From: Epiperipatus broadwayi
Taxonomy: Eukaryota; Animalia; Onychophora
NCBI GenBank assembly: GCA_028023455.1
Contig: JAQFVV010000011.1
Span: forward strand, 5,022,001-5,086,000
Length of the DNA stretch: 64,000 nucleotides
Reading direction: 5' to 3'
Part shown: in pieces, positions 1 through 12,250 of the stretch
Layout of the letters: each line of letters begins with the position of its first letter
Numbering within the stretch: the first letter of the stretch is position 1
Translations under genes and position numbers: made by a program
Notes under the pieces: generated by a model
Told to the model about the DNA's origin: nothing
The model's input: the letters and a program-made list of their open reading frames with translations, nothing else
Databases searched by the model: none

Positions 1-99
1 TATTAAAAATTACACACTTATCAGAATTTATCAACTCTTTCCCTCACTCCATATTCACAGTAAATCACCAAGTTATTAAAATAAATTATTTTTTAAAAA

Positions 100-1260
100 A
101 AACCGGTTTTACATTGGATTTGTATGTTATGAAAAGGCATTTGCTTGTGTAAATATTTTTGCAATGATTAAAGCTTTGGAATATTAAGATTTAGTTCTAG
201 AATATTGTCATTTTTAAAGAATATTTATGAAAATGTGAGAACAATGATTAAGGGTCGTGATATCACTAAAAAATTAATTTTAATAAGAGTGTAAGTCAGA
301 GTAATTCTATATCTTCAAGATTTTATATACTGCACTTTTATGTAAAGTATTTTGTATTCTAAAATGGGATGCCAAAGGAATAACAGTTAATGGTGATTAC
401 TTAAATCATCCAGATTTTACAGATAATGTGGCTTTTATCATGATTCAGAAAATATTGTAATGGTTATTTGAAGAAACAAAGCAAGTAGAATTAAAACTAA
501 GTGCTAAAGCAATCATAGCAATGTTCATTTAATAAATATAAGTACCTTGGTTATATTATTTTAATGCATATAGGAATATAATAGATAAAATTAATCATTG
601 ATTTTAAATATAAACAAAGCAAAGCAAAACTCCATATAGTAGTGCCACCTGTGCTAAACAGAGTAATCAATGGATGCCAGAAGATTTGTGCATCCATTGA
701 TTACTCTGTTTAGCACAGGTGGCACTACTATATGGAGTTTTGCTTTGCTTTGTTTATAAACAATTATGTGCTAGTATTGGAGATGTGATCATGTGATGCT
801 TGCTGGTTTAACATTGATTTTAACTTGGATGATGAGTTTTTATGTGGAAATAACTTATAATTAAAAGGAAATATGTCTACATGTTTGAAAAGAAGATTTT
901 AATTAATATGTTCTACCTGTGCGTACATATGATTCTGAAAATTGGGTACTTACACAGCAAAATATGAGAAAATCTGTAATGGGAGTAACAAGGAAAGATC
1001 TTAAGTGCAGGACTTGAAATGAGAGAACAAACTTGAAGCATCATGATGGAAAAAAATAAAAGTCTGAAATAGAGTTGTGCTGTTCATAGAAGAAATGATA
1101 ATAGATGATTAATTGAATTCTTAAAACTAGATTCTAAGGGACTATAAAACATCTAGAAAGAAATCATGTGTGAGATAATTGGGTTAGACAAGGCAGTTTG
1201 CTATAGTGAAGGGAGAAGAAAAGTTATGAGCAGAAATCTTCATCCTGTTGCAAATGACAA
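100..1260 (+). mobile_element. Degenerate RTE-clade LINE (RT and 3' end), interrupted by the 608-811 insertion
   Basis: Frame-broken peptides YEKAF, KWDAKGITVNGDYLNHPDFTD, GNMSTCLKR, VMGVTRKD parallel the better-preserved RTE at 26569-27545; boundaries approximate. Confidence 0.7.
608..811. repeat. Family A (PLE terminal-repeat-like) fold-back insertion
   Basis: 69-bp perfect inverted repeat (609-677 / 690-758) followed by the family 3' tail; 12-bp TSD CATTGATTTTAA at 596-607 and 812-823. Confidence 0.9.
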
Positions 1261-2393
1261 AAACAGACAGTTATTGTGAAATTGTAATCCTAATTAAGTG
1301 TTGTTAATTTTTTTCTTATGGGAATTTCATACTTGTTAATTGTTAAGTTCAATTATTGTACCTTTTTTTGGAATTAATTAAAAATCACTGAATGAAAAGA
1401 TCTCTTATATGTAAGAATGTTAATCCTGTGATCAGGGGCATTAGCCAATCAATACTCTTTGATACTAGTAGAATAAAAAAGAATATAATAGCAAGGCAGC
1501 AGAAAAAAACTGGCTTTATCGATATCTCATTGTTTACATGATTTAACAGAGTAATAGAATTTTGAAGTCACTCCAATTGTAAAAACGAAACGTTAAAACA
1601 TGAAAACATAAAATTTTTCAAAAGGAAGCATTTTTGAAAAATTGGAAGATGAGAAATTATTTTTTTTTGGATTAATAGTTGTGCCAAGTATGAGTTAAAA
1701 TTAAAACAAGGAAACTTTGCTAGTAAAATTATGAAATTATTAAAATTTATCTAATTATATAAAATTATTATTTTTTTTAGTTTAAATAAAACTAATATAA
1801 ATTCAGAAGAAAAGAGGCAAGTTTGAGATATGTATGATTAACTACTTCAACTATTTGTATATGTAATATTCACTGGCAGCTTTACATTTGTACTAATATT
1901 AACATCCTATCTAGATTCAATCTGTTTTTCTTTGAAAGTATTAAGTTTCTAATTATCTAACTTATCATTTTTACTCTGCCAAGAAACCCCCCCCCCCCAA
2001 AAAAAAAAAAATTAAGAATATTGGCATACGTATATAGTTTTTCAAATGTGAATGCAATTTAAATAAATTAAATGTATAGGATTGTTAATTAACCAGCAAA
2101 TGATTGTGTAGAAAAGTATTTGTCTATGAAACAAAAAACGAAAAAAAGTACTTAATTAATACATAGTTGTTAGTATTAAGTGATTTGAAAACTCTATATG
2201 TATTTTTAAAAAACTTTAGACTAACTTAATACACTTTTTTTAACATATTAATAAAGGGAAGTTTTTAGTACTAGAAATAATATAAATCTGTTTTAAGATA
2301 AAAGTCTTACTTTTTTGTTTGTTTTTATTTATTGTTATTTCTTTACTACTGTTTGAGTCATTATATATACTCACACATACATTGCCTTTTCAG

Positions 2394-2528
2394 ACACATT
2401 ATTTGATGTATGGAACTGGTTTTCAGACATGGGAATATTCTCCTTCATATGCTATACGATCCTACTGTTATCTCTTACTTCATGCTATTCCCGGATTGGC
2501 CTACGTTAAACTTTTGCAGCCTAATAAA
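2394..2528 (+). CDS. ALG9: ALG9 alpha-1,2-mannosyltransferase, exon 1 in window
   Basis: ttttcag/.../gtaatg; THYLMYGTGFQTWEYSPSYAIRSYCYLLLHAIPGLAYVKLLQPNK contains the ALG9 signature FQTWEYSP..AIRSY; phase 0-0. Confidence 0.96.
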
Positions 2529-2614
2529 GTAATGTCAAATTACAGTATTTATTTTCATGAGTTTAATTTCATTTTCTTGTACATAAAAAACCTTTTTGTC
2601 TTTTTTTTTTTTAG

Positions 2615-2685
2615 ATTTTTGTGTTTTATTTTTTACGGTGTATACTAGGATTTTGCTGTGCATTATGTGAAGTTTATTTTTACAG
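2615..2685 (+). CDS. ALG9: ALG9 exon 2
   Basis: tttag/.../gtttgt; IFVFYFLRCILGFCCALCEVYFY(R); phase 0-2. Confidence 0.93.
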
Positions 2686-3170
2686 GTTTGTTTTTTTTTT
2701 TTTAAATAATGTAAAAACCATTCATATTAAATTGACTTTATTGTCTTATATTTTAAAATTTTATAATATATACAGCTTATATTTTTATATTTAGTCAAAT
2801 ATTACAATTTATTGTGGTACATAGCTTTGATTTACGTTTTTGTTATTATGATAAACTTGTCCTAATATGTTTTATGTTTAAATTGGAATTTTTTTTATCA
2901 TATAAAATATGAAGTTTGAACATCCACATAACAGACTTAGGATGATAGCTCTTTTCTTTGATCCAAATAGAATGTTTTGATGCTAATACAGTATACGGTC
3001 CATTTGCTCGACAGAACTACATAGTACTTAGCAATGAATGGGAAAATAATTAACCGATAAAAAATAAATGTCCACATTCTTGAATTTATAAGTATAAGAA
3101 TATAGTAATTTGACTTTCAAGTACTTGGAGGCCGTGTTAGGAAAAGCTTAGAATTTATGTATTTTATATT

Positions 3171-3200
3171 AAGCTTAGCGCTTTCGAAACCTTCATTTGC
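3171..3200 (-). ncRNA. Class B hammerhead-like relic lacking stem II
   Basis: Minus strand GCAA-ATGAAG-GTTTC-GAAA-GCGCT-A-AGC shares the AUGAA core start and AGCGCT palindrome with class B motifs. Confidence 0.35.
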
Positions 3201-3609
3201 AATAAAAATAATTTACTTATTAAAATTTAATAACCAGTTATTTAATCAAAAAATATATTGATAAAAAATAACTTTTACGCACAAATGCAAATATGTAAGA
3301 AATATCTGCATTTATTCTTGAATTTACTATTGTATGTAAAATGAAAATAGCAATGTATTTTGCAATAAAAATGGTACATATTGGATTAATGAAAGGAAAA
3401 GGAAGTTTATGATGATAAAAGATATTAAATTAAAAGCAATAGATAGCAAATCTATAAGAAATGAAATTCCAGAAATAAAACCGCTCATAACAGCCTACCA
3501 AATAAAAGCATGAAATTAAATTACTTTTCAGCATGACCTTGATACCATAAAACTTGGATAAACTCTCATGCATGATAAATCTGCATTGTACATTTTGTTT
3601 GTCATTACG

Positions 3610-3716
3610 ATGAGTATGCCTTAGATAGGGATTTTATGCACAAACCTTCTGGCACACATTGATTACTCTGATTGGCACAGGATGGCACTACTGTATGGAT
3701 AGTTTTGCCTTGTTTT
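3610..3716 (+). repeat. Family A fragment (downstream of the ribozyme)
   Basis: gggattttatgcacaaaccttctggca...ggcactactgtatgga matches the family consensus. Confidence 0.8.
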
Positions 3717-5287
3717 TACTGTATTTTTTGTTAAATAATTGATGTTCTTTTGATAAATAAAGTATTTTTTTGCAAAATATAGTCTTTTCTTTATTTTATT
3801 TATTCAAAAATGAATACATACATTTTATTTTTTATCGATTAGTTATTTTCTTACTCATTGCTATGTATTAAGTGGGTCCATGAAGTGGATAGATTGTACA
3901 TCATATAAGCATCAATTTTTTTTTTGTTTCAGCAATGCCAATTAATGGGAGGAATATCAGATTAAATACATAGATAATTTCTGATTTGTATTTATTTCAT
4001 CTAAAAATGATTCATCTTTGCTTATTACTTGCACATCAGTTAGTTTCTCCATAAAATGATATATTTTCAATGTTATGTGTTTCTTAATCATTGTTATTTA
4101 TGGGCTTATTAAAATTATAAATATGTGTGTGTGTTTAATCATATATTTACCAAGGACTTGCGTATTGCTGATAAACTAAATAAAATATTTGGATATTCCA
4201 GTAAAAGAAAGATGGAGAGAATCTTTGGAAAAACAAATCATTACAAAATCCATTCAAAAGATATGGGTCTCTTTTTGATGAATGTAAGACACCTCTAAAA
4301 GAATAATCGTACTCTATGAGATTGCCAATCTAATGTATCATATTTCTAAATTTAGGTTGTCAGAATCAGTAAGGGAATCATTAATACAAAACTACAGACT
4401 TCTTCACAATATTTGTACGATTTTGAATCGATCGCATAAAACCAGTAGATGTTGTAAACTTGAATTTCTTCTCAGTTTCTTAAATTAGAAAAGGCTCCTG
4501 AAGTAGGTGACATATTTTCAGACTTTTCTGAAATAACTTTTGACCCAAAGTAAAAGCATGACTGACAAAACTTTTATCTGCACTATCTATACAGAAACTG
4601 TTCAACCTTGACGTAAAATCAAAATTTTAAAATCTCTAATAGTGATTCAAAAATTGTCACTCTGTATTATTATTGTATAAAGTTTTCACTTTGAACCCAT
4701 TAATATTAAAATGTTATATGTGGTTAAAAAGAGCGTTAATATACTATAGTCATTACATTTTTAAAAAATTAGAAAAAAAAGATTTTAAAAATTTTTTATT
4801 TTTATATAGGTTCACAAATTATTTTTAAACGTAAAGCTTGTTTTTATTTATAATCCCTGTATAATGCAGACTAGAGCTCAATGTCCATGAATCTATTCAG
4901 TCTCTATTACTTCTGGTGCTCGTTACTTTTTACACTCCCAAGCAATAAAATTATTCAGTAAATATTCATTGCTAAAATGACCTTCATATTTTCAGTAACA
5001 AGAACAATTCATTTAAACATTTGCCTTCATTGTTTTACTTTGAAATGAAAGAAAATGTTCATGGGAAAATCCTGTGCAAACAGTAGGCCATTCGGCAATC
5101 TCGCACTGAAATGCTATGAAAATTAAGTAATAAGAGTGGCATTGTTTTCACAACAGCTTCTTTCATTGTCTGTAATAATGATATTTCATTGTTTAAATTT
5201 TATTTTATTTTTTTAATAAATATCGGATGTTTAAAATTTAGTTCAGTTAATGTTTTATTTATAAAATTATAAATTTTGAAATTTTAG

Positions 5288-5450
5288 GGGTGTTTGTAAA
5301 CAATTTGGTCCACATATCGGTCGGCTAACCTTATGCTTTCAAGTTATAAGTGCCGGTTTTTTCATTGCCAGTACAGCTTATCTTCCTAGCACTTTTGCAA
5401 TGTATATGGCTATGCTGACATTTGGTGCATGGTATCTTAACAACTCTGCC
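5288..5450 (+). CDS. ALG9: ALG9 exon 3
   Basis: ttttag/.../gtaagt; GVCKQFGPHIGRLTLCFQVISAGFFIASTAYLPSTFAMYMAMLTFGAWYLNNSA; phase 2-0. Confidence 0.95.
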
Positions 5451-6282
5451 GTAAGTACATAATACTTAGAATATTTGTAGAATAAAATATAAACTATAAA
5501 ATAGAAAAAAGAAATTTACAGATAGTATATCTTAAAGAATGTTGAAAAACATTCATAAATGTTTATGCTCCACTCTGAAATAAATAATTTTTCAATTAGG
5601 CATGCATTAGTATATATAAGGAAAATATTTAATTGAAATATGGATTTCAGATTTAATAACAGAATAGCTTTCCAGAGATATGATGCAAAGTGTTGAAAAT
5701 GCATTTGACTAGTTGTTAACGATTGAAAATATATTTGTTTCATAATAGAAGCATAAATAACTAATACTACAATTTGGATGTTATATACATATGGAGAAAT
5801 TGATTATATATTATTTATAATTTTATCAGCAGATATCTACTGGAATAAAATTATAGGAATTTTTTTTATATATCATATATTTTCACTTGGTTTCATCATA
5901 TATTGATAATAATTGTTAATAAACTTCAAAAATTCTATGTGGTAATATGTTGTACTATTTTTATTATCTATCATTAAATGTTGAATGTATAGAAAAATTT
6001 TAAACTTTTCAAATACAAACAATTTGTTAGTAATAACACACAAATAGACAGCACAGGCTAGTAATTACACAATGATTTGTTTAGTATTATTTCTCTTCTC
6101 TTTTTCAGATGTTGCTAGTTTGATCAGTAATATTATTAGCTTAGGAGTCAAACTTGCAGCTTTAGATTTGCGAATATCAAATTTTATGGCAATGCTGTAA
6201 CCAACAGTTATTCTATCAAAGGCAAAAGATAGTAGAAATTTCATATATTTATATATGAGGTCTGGTTCAAATTTTGGGTCCT

Positions 6283-8160
6283 TCAAAAAATTTTTTTTTT
6301 GCTAAGAGCAAGGTTAATTAGAGGCCCCGATACATTATCTATTGGCACACTGGGTTGACTTATAGGATTATTTGGTACTGTCACATGAGCAGCTTCCTTG
6401 AATTTTCTTATTTGAACTTTTTCCTCTCTATCCAATATTTTTGTATTTTCCCAATTGAACATATGGTCATTAGAACATACATGGTCTCTTACTGTAAACA
6501 TGTCTGTCTTTTTTTTCTCTTTTAACCATTAGTTTGTGTTCTTTCAAATGCTATTCAACCGGGTGACAGGTCTCACCAGTATGCTTCCTTCCACATTCAT
6601 AAGGCATTTCATAGATGCAGTTTTTGTTTTTCAGCATTTCAGTTTAGTCTTAGTAGAAGTTAGAATTCTTCGAATTGTGATATGACTTTGGAAAGTTGTT
6701 CTAATGTTATATTGACTGCAGATTTTCTTTAATTTGTCTGCCATTCCTGGTATGTATGGATACACTATAGTACCAATAATTATTTTTTCCTTTGGGGTTT
6801 CTTTTTCTTGTCTGTTAAAGTTTTTTTTGATGACAGCTGATAGATAATCATTCTTCATGAGAGTCCATTCTATGTGAATCTTTTCATTTTCCAAATCACT
6901 CGTTTCCAAACAAACTTCCTTTGTTCTGTTCTATAATGATAGTATAATTCTATGTTTAGTGCTTCTCGTATGATTGGATGAATATGCCATGTACTTGACA
7001 GCATATGTTGGTATCTTATACACTGTTTTTATTTTTCCCTGAGGGAGTCTTGTCACAAGAACATCTAAAAATGCCAATATGTCCAGAATGACTGTAATTA
7101 TACCTCATCATGCGGCCATATCATAAATGTATCATCAACATAGCAAAACCACACTTCGGGCAGACATGAAGTAGTATTTATGGCTGAGTTTCAAATTTTT
7201 TCTAAAAAGGTTGCTAAGCAAGGGTGACTAGTGATTCCATGGCCATCCCTTGATTGTGTTGAAATAATTCTGAGTTATATTGAAAGTACATTGTTGTTAT
7301 GCAAAATATTAATAATTCCATTGTATTATCAATAGGTATAATTGTTCTGGTTTATAGACTATTATTATCATATAACCTTTTCTTTACAATCTCATCACAT
7401 GATACATTTGTAAATAAACTTTCACATCAAAACTTACCAATATGTCATTTCTTTCCATTTTTATGTTCCTGACTAATTTTATAAAGTGCTTAGAATCCCT
7501 GATGAAGGACTTTTTCCAGTATCTCAATGGTCTAAGAACTTTGAGAAGAAATTTTGACATGATGAATTTCTAGAACATTGTCTTTATGGATTTTAGATAG
7601 CCCATAAAGGTGAGGAATTTTGCTGAAATATGAAGTTAATTTCCTTGTCTCTGAATTACTGAAATACATGTGCTGCAGAGTAATGCTTTGTAACTTTACC
7701 TCTGTACTTGTAATTGGATTTTTTTTGTTACTTTATTGTATTGGCAAGTCTTTGTATTTTGTTATCATAATCAGTTTTATTCATTACACCTTTGGTGTTA
7801 GCTTTATCAGCAGGAAGAATGTATATAGATGTATTCTGTTTGAGAGATTTAATAGCTTTTCTCTCATCACATAAAATATTTGCTTTTGCTTTTGATGTTT
7901 CTCAAGTATACTTTAAAATCTCCAGCTTAATTCTACTGCTTTTTCCAGAGGCAATTTTTGGGTAATTTCCTCAATGGCTGCCATTATATTCAATAATGGG
8001 ACAGTAAATAGTGTAATGGCGAAGTTCAAACCTTTTCCAAAAACAAATAATTTCACATCAGTAAGATCTTTCGAAATAAGATTTTTCACCGACGAAGCTG
8101 AAAGACTGTTAGTTACAGTATGACTTTTAGTATTTCTTACAGCAGGCCAATACAAAAAGT
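6283..8160 (-). mobile_element. Degenerate Penelope-like retroelement (RT + C-terminal GIY-YIG endonuclease)
   Basis: N-terminal KGLNFA, RT motifs LVSFDVKSLFTNV, GMAMES, YVDDTF, FLDVLV; C-terminal YPYIPG and NWENTKILDREE..IRKFKEA. Confidence 0.85.
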
Positions 8161-8921
8161 AACAAAAAATCCAATTTCAAATACAGAGGTAAAATTACAA
8201 GCATTACTCCAGATCATTTGGTCAATTTGCAATGATCCAATTATAATTTTCCAATTTGTTTAATAAAAATTTAAATTGCTTATTATTAAATTGTTATTTT
8301 CAATTATTTTATTAAGCATAATAAAGTGACTTGTACTCTTAATTAATGCTATTTATTTAAATTATATAATAGTCAATTTTAAAATATTGTCCAAAGATTT
8401 CTAAAGATAATGATGTAAAATTATATTATGGAAAAATGTATTTATTATGTAGAATATTTTGAAAGTAAATAATTTGTGAAGTTGCTGCTGTGGGGATTTT
8501 AAATGCTTTGACAGTTGATGTTTGGATTTGTACTTAAAATAATTTATTAGTGATATTAAATTTTATAAAAATATGAGTGACTCAGAAAATGTTGATGATT
8601 TGGAAACAGTATCCCCTGATACTCAAAACATTGAGTGGGAAGAAACTCATGTTGAGCTATCTCACAGCCCTTAAAGTGTTGTTTTGGGAGGGACCCAAGG
8701 TGTATCAATTCCTTCTACTCAAGAGAATATGCCTCAAATGATTTTGAAATCTTTTAAAAAACTTGAAATCCAACATAAAGAGTCAAAAGGATTTCAAGAG
8801 AAAACTAAAAAATCTCTTGATAAATTAGAAACTCAAAATAAAGAGACTAAAGAATCTAGAGAACAAATTTGATAATAATATTTGCCAGTTAAATGGGAAG
8901 TTAGAAGATTTGAATAATAAA

Positions 8922-9201
8922 CATCACATTAACACCATTTCTTATGCTTGCTTATAACTGTTATTAAAACAGGCAAAACTCTCTATACGTATTGCCACTC
9001 AATGCAAGCCAGAGTAATCAATGGATGCCAGAAAGCTTGTGCATAAAATCCCCATCTAGTGCATACTCATCCAATATCCCCAGACACTAGTTTCTGGCTT
9101 ATGGCCTTCATCAGTGAGGAGCCTTGTATCTGAGCACTGCACCTAGATCTTAGGATATAATGCAACCCTCCAGCAACCACCCTTTATCTCTACTTAACTA
9201 C
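8922..9201 (-). repeat. Family A near-full-length copy, left arm of a head-to-head composite
   Basis: Matches family consensus; the composite 8922-11116 is flanked by 14-bp TSD ATTTGAATAATAAA (8908-8921, 11117-11130). Confidence 0.9.
9077..9120 (-). ncRNA. Class A minimal hammerhead ribozyme motif
   Basis: TCCTCA-CTGATGA-A-GGC(CATAA)GCC-A-GAAA-CTAGT-GTC/TGGGGA. Confidence 0.65.
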
Positions 9202-10833
9202 TGTGCCAAGGCCAAATTGGCACATGTATATAAAATAATTTTGTCTAAAAAAATTATTAAAATAAAAATCTTTCGTAAAAGAATTTGAAATAAAAGTTAG
9301 AAAATAATTGATTAAAAGTGGGAAGGGGTTTTCTTTAGAAAGTTAAACTAAACGTTTTATAAAAGGAAGTAAAGTTTTACTTATTAGTATTCGTAAAAAT
9401 AAATAGTTAAAGGTTTCAAAATATAAATCTTTTCTCATTCGAATTAAAGAAAAAGTAATCTTAAAACTAGTTATATATGTGCGTATATATGTGCGATTGT
9501 AAATAAATAAAAATGTATGCGTAATAAATATTAAAATGAAATAAAAGAAGATTATCATTAAAAACACAGCGATGGCTATTAATTAAAATTATATAAAACA
9601 ACATGTTTGCATGGCTATTACTAATTAAACAATCTTCAAAAACACGTTGTCAAAGGATTAGTTATCAAAGGAATTTCGACAACAGATATTGCTGGAGGAT
9701 AGTAAAAGGAACTTTGACAACACGCTAGAGGTATAAATAGACTTTTTTTTATCGGACAGGATTGAGTCAGTTAAGTTCAGAGAGGACAATCATTCAGTCG
9801 AGTAATTGTTTCAGTTCAGATAACAGTGCAGTTTATTAGGTATCCAGAAACAGAAATGCAATGTTAAAAACCCACAGGAAATATATGCCTCTCCACAGCC
9901 TGAAGTCCGATGAAAACAGCAAGATCTGCCCGTGAAATAATGTTAGCATAACAACTTAGAAATCTCCGTCAGTATCTAATTGTCTCCAATAATAATAATC
10001 GTGAATAATAAGGAAACTCATCAAGGAAACGTCCCAGCTGGCTGGAAATATTCTCACCTAAAGCAGTAACCAAAGAAAACGAAGTTCTACGTCACCATTC
10101 AAAATCCTAGGTAATAATATTTCATATTCTTATTTCTATAATAGCCATTGAATCGCATTAATTCGTAAAGCCTCCAGAGACAAGTAATTTGAACTCTATA
10201 AGCATGCATAAAATGAACTATTGATGTGCGTGTTTGTGAATGCTATATGATTTTATAAACGTCAAACATTATTTATGCTTTCTCATAAAATTATATTATA
10301 GTGTGTTAACTTAAGATGTGTGTGTTATATTAGATTTATAAAATGATTAAAATTAATAATGTTAATTAAAATATTTTGTCTTTAAACTAAAACTTTATTT
10401 GTCGGTCAATTCTTTTTATCAATTCTTTTAACCAACTGTTTTATCAATTCTTTCACCACTACTTTTAATATTTTGTTATTGAATTAAAATTAGACTGAGC
10501 TAGTTTTAGGGATTGTTTCGAGCGCTGGATTATGAGCCTACTATCCGAATACGTTAGTCATTGACTAGCTGGCGCCCGGGGTTTACTCCGAAACAAATAA
10601 AGTGTTTGGATAGTAGGGGTTTGAATCTAGAAGCTGAGGTGGGCCACAAAATGATCTTGGATATTGTTGATAGTTAAAGCTATCAATAATTTTTCCCACT
10701 TTGCTCGAACGTGCCGGTTCGTTCACGTAACATTTATAATTACATAGGATTATAAATGTGTTTTAAAGAAGTTTGAAACCAGCCACAACCTTTGCAGTGT
10801 TAGTAAGATCTTCTGTGGAGCGAACCCGGTACA
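9202..10833 (+). mobile_element. Solo LTR (Gypsy-like), 1632 bp
   Basis: TGTGCC...GGTACA termini; 4-bp TSD CTAC (9198-9201, 10834-10837) whose removal restores ttaactacaaaacta seen intact at ~23846-23860; TATAAATA at 9732, AATAAA at 10596. Confidence 0.8.
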
Positions 10834-11116
10834 CTACAAAACTACAACCTAGATCTTAGGATCTAATGCAACCCTCCAGCAGACACTAAGGAGAGATAAA
10901 GGGTGTCTGCTGGAGGGTTGCATTAGATCCTAAGATCTAGGTGCAGTGCTCTCAGATCCAAGGCTCCTAACTGACGAAGGCCACAAGCCAGAAACTAGTC
11001 TGGGGATGTTGGATGAGTAGGCACTAGATGAGGATTTTATGCACAAACCTTCTGGCAGCCCTTGATTACTCTGGCTTGTATTGAGTGGCAATATGTATAG
11101 AGAATTTTGCCTGTTT
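10834..11116 (+). repeat. Family A copy with 40-bp 5' fold-back, right arm of the composite
   Basis: Perfect inverted repeat 10847-10886 / 10903-10942, then the family consensus ending at gcctgttt. Confidence 0.9.
10965..11006 (+). ncRNA. Class A minimal hammerhead ribozyme motif
   Basis: TCCTAA-CTGACGA-A-GGC(CACAA)GCC-A-GAAA-CTAGT-C/TGGGGA; predicted cleavage after 11000. Confidence 0.65.
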
Positions 11117-11819
11117 ATTTGAATAATAAATTGGACCAGTCTAATAAAACTTTTGTCAATCTGCATTAGGACAAAGAGGAAACTATGTCTGTTATTATTC
11201 AAAGCAATGGAATTGAATTGTAAATTAGCAAAACAAGACTCAAATCAAAAATTATATAGTATAAAAGATTGTTTGATTCAATATCAAAATGAATCTGATG
11301 TTAAATTTAATAGTGTAGAGTCCAAAATAGAGAAAATCAGTAAAAATTTAGCTGAACATATAATAGATAGGAGTAGTAAAATGAAAAGCATTGAAGTTCA
11401 ATCAAATTTAATAGAGTATCCTTTCAATCAGACCAATAAAAAGCAGGCTGATTTAAATAAAAATATTGAAAAAATGTCAAGAGTACACAAATAAAATTGT
11501 TGGAAGTTGAGCAAAATATACATTCTCAGATTAGTTTAAGTATGGTTGATTCAATTCAGGGGAATATCCCTACAAGCCATTAATCAAATTCTTATTCAGC
11601 GATGACTATATACTTTTTCGGGTAATAATGAAATACTTAATTGCCTATTACTACAGATAGCTCTGCTTTGTCAATCGAAAACAAAGAAATTATTACTTTT
11701 TATAAATGAAGAGTTTTATGATTTGTTGGAAGCACTTGGCAAACTTCGTAAAGAAATAAATATTGTTCTAAAGGCTTATGATACTAGCATTTCAGAATTA
11801 TATGTTGGAGTATGTTAAA

Positions 11820-12045
11820 TGTTTTTTTAGAAAAATTTAAACTTTATTTATACCTTTCCAAGTACATTCAACTGATAGTATTAACATACGTATTATCATA
11901 GAACAAAGCCCAAGATTTAGAATAAAATTATTTTCCTCTCTTTTTTAAATATAGCTGTCATGGACACTAACAGTCTAGCATGGGAGTTGAACTGTTGACT
12001 TCTGAATTTAATGTGATGCTTGAACCAATTAGGCTATCCCACCAA
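11820..12045 (-). repeat. tRNA-derived SINE-like family 2
   Basis: Homologous to 16990-17205, 19055-19230, 21355-21585 and 58650-58803; minus strand has an A-box-like head. Confidence 0.55.
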
Positions 12046-12109
12046 TCTAAAATTGGAATATCAGAGCAAATTAAGTAATAACTGAATTTTATTGGTTAGC
12101 TACAGCCCA

Positions 12110-12250
12110 TCAAAAATCACATGATCATTATTTCCTACACTGGGGATATTGAATGAGTAGACACTAGGTGGGGATTTTATGCACAAACCTTCCTGCATCC
12201 ATTGATTGCTAAAGATGGCACTGGGTGGCATTATTATATGGAGAGTTTGC
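12110..12250 (+). repeat. Family A fragment beginning at the predicted ribozyme cleavage site
   Basis: Inverted 3' tip (tcacatgatcattatttccta) joined to sense sequence starting tggggatattg at 12141. Confidence 0.8.

Larger units (their letters stand above)
8573..11600 (+). mobile_element. Degenerate coiled-coil (gag-like) ORF split by nested insertions (pieces 8573-8921 and 11117-11600)
   Basis: Removing 8922-11116 and one TSD copy rejoins QLNGKLEDLNNK-LDQSNKTF in frame; heptad-rich E/K/Q composition; family not identified. Confidence 0.5.

Noticed and set aside
4150-4630. Possible retroelement relic (KYLDIP, FNLDVKS)
   Set aside because: Motifs are isolated, in different frames and out of order; cannot be supported
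5516-6286. Possible second PLE N-terminus in tandem
   Set aside because: Only vague resemblance; no diagnostic motif
7499-7520. CTGATGAAGGACTTTTTCCAG hammerhead-like start
   Set aside because: No GAAA or stem III; it is the antisense of PLE RT coding sequence (YWKKSFIRDSKHF)
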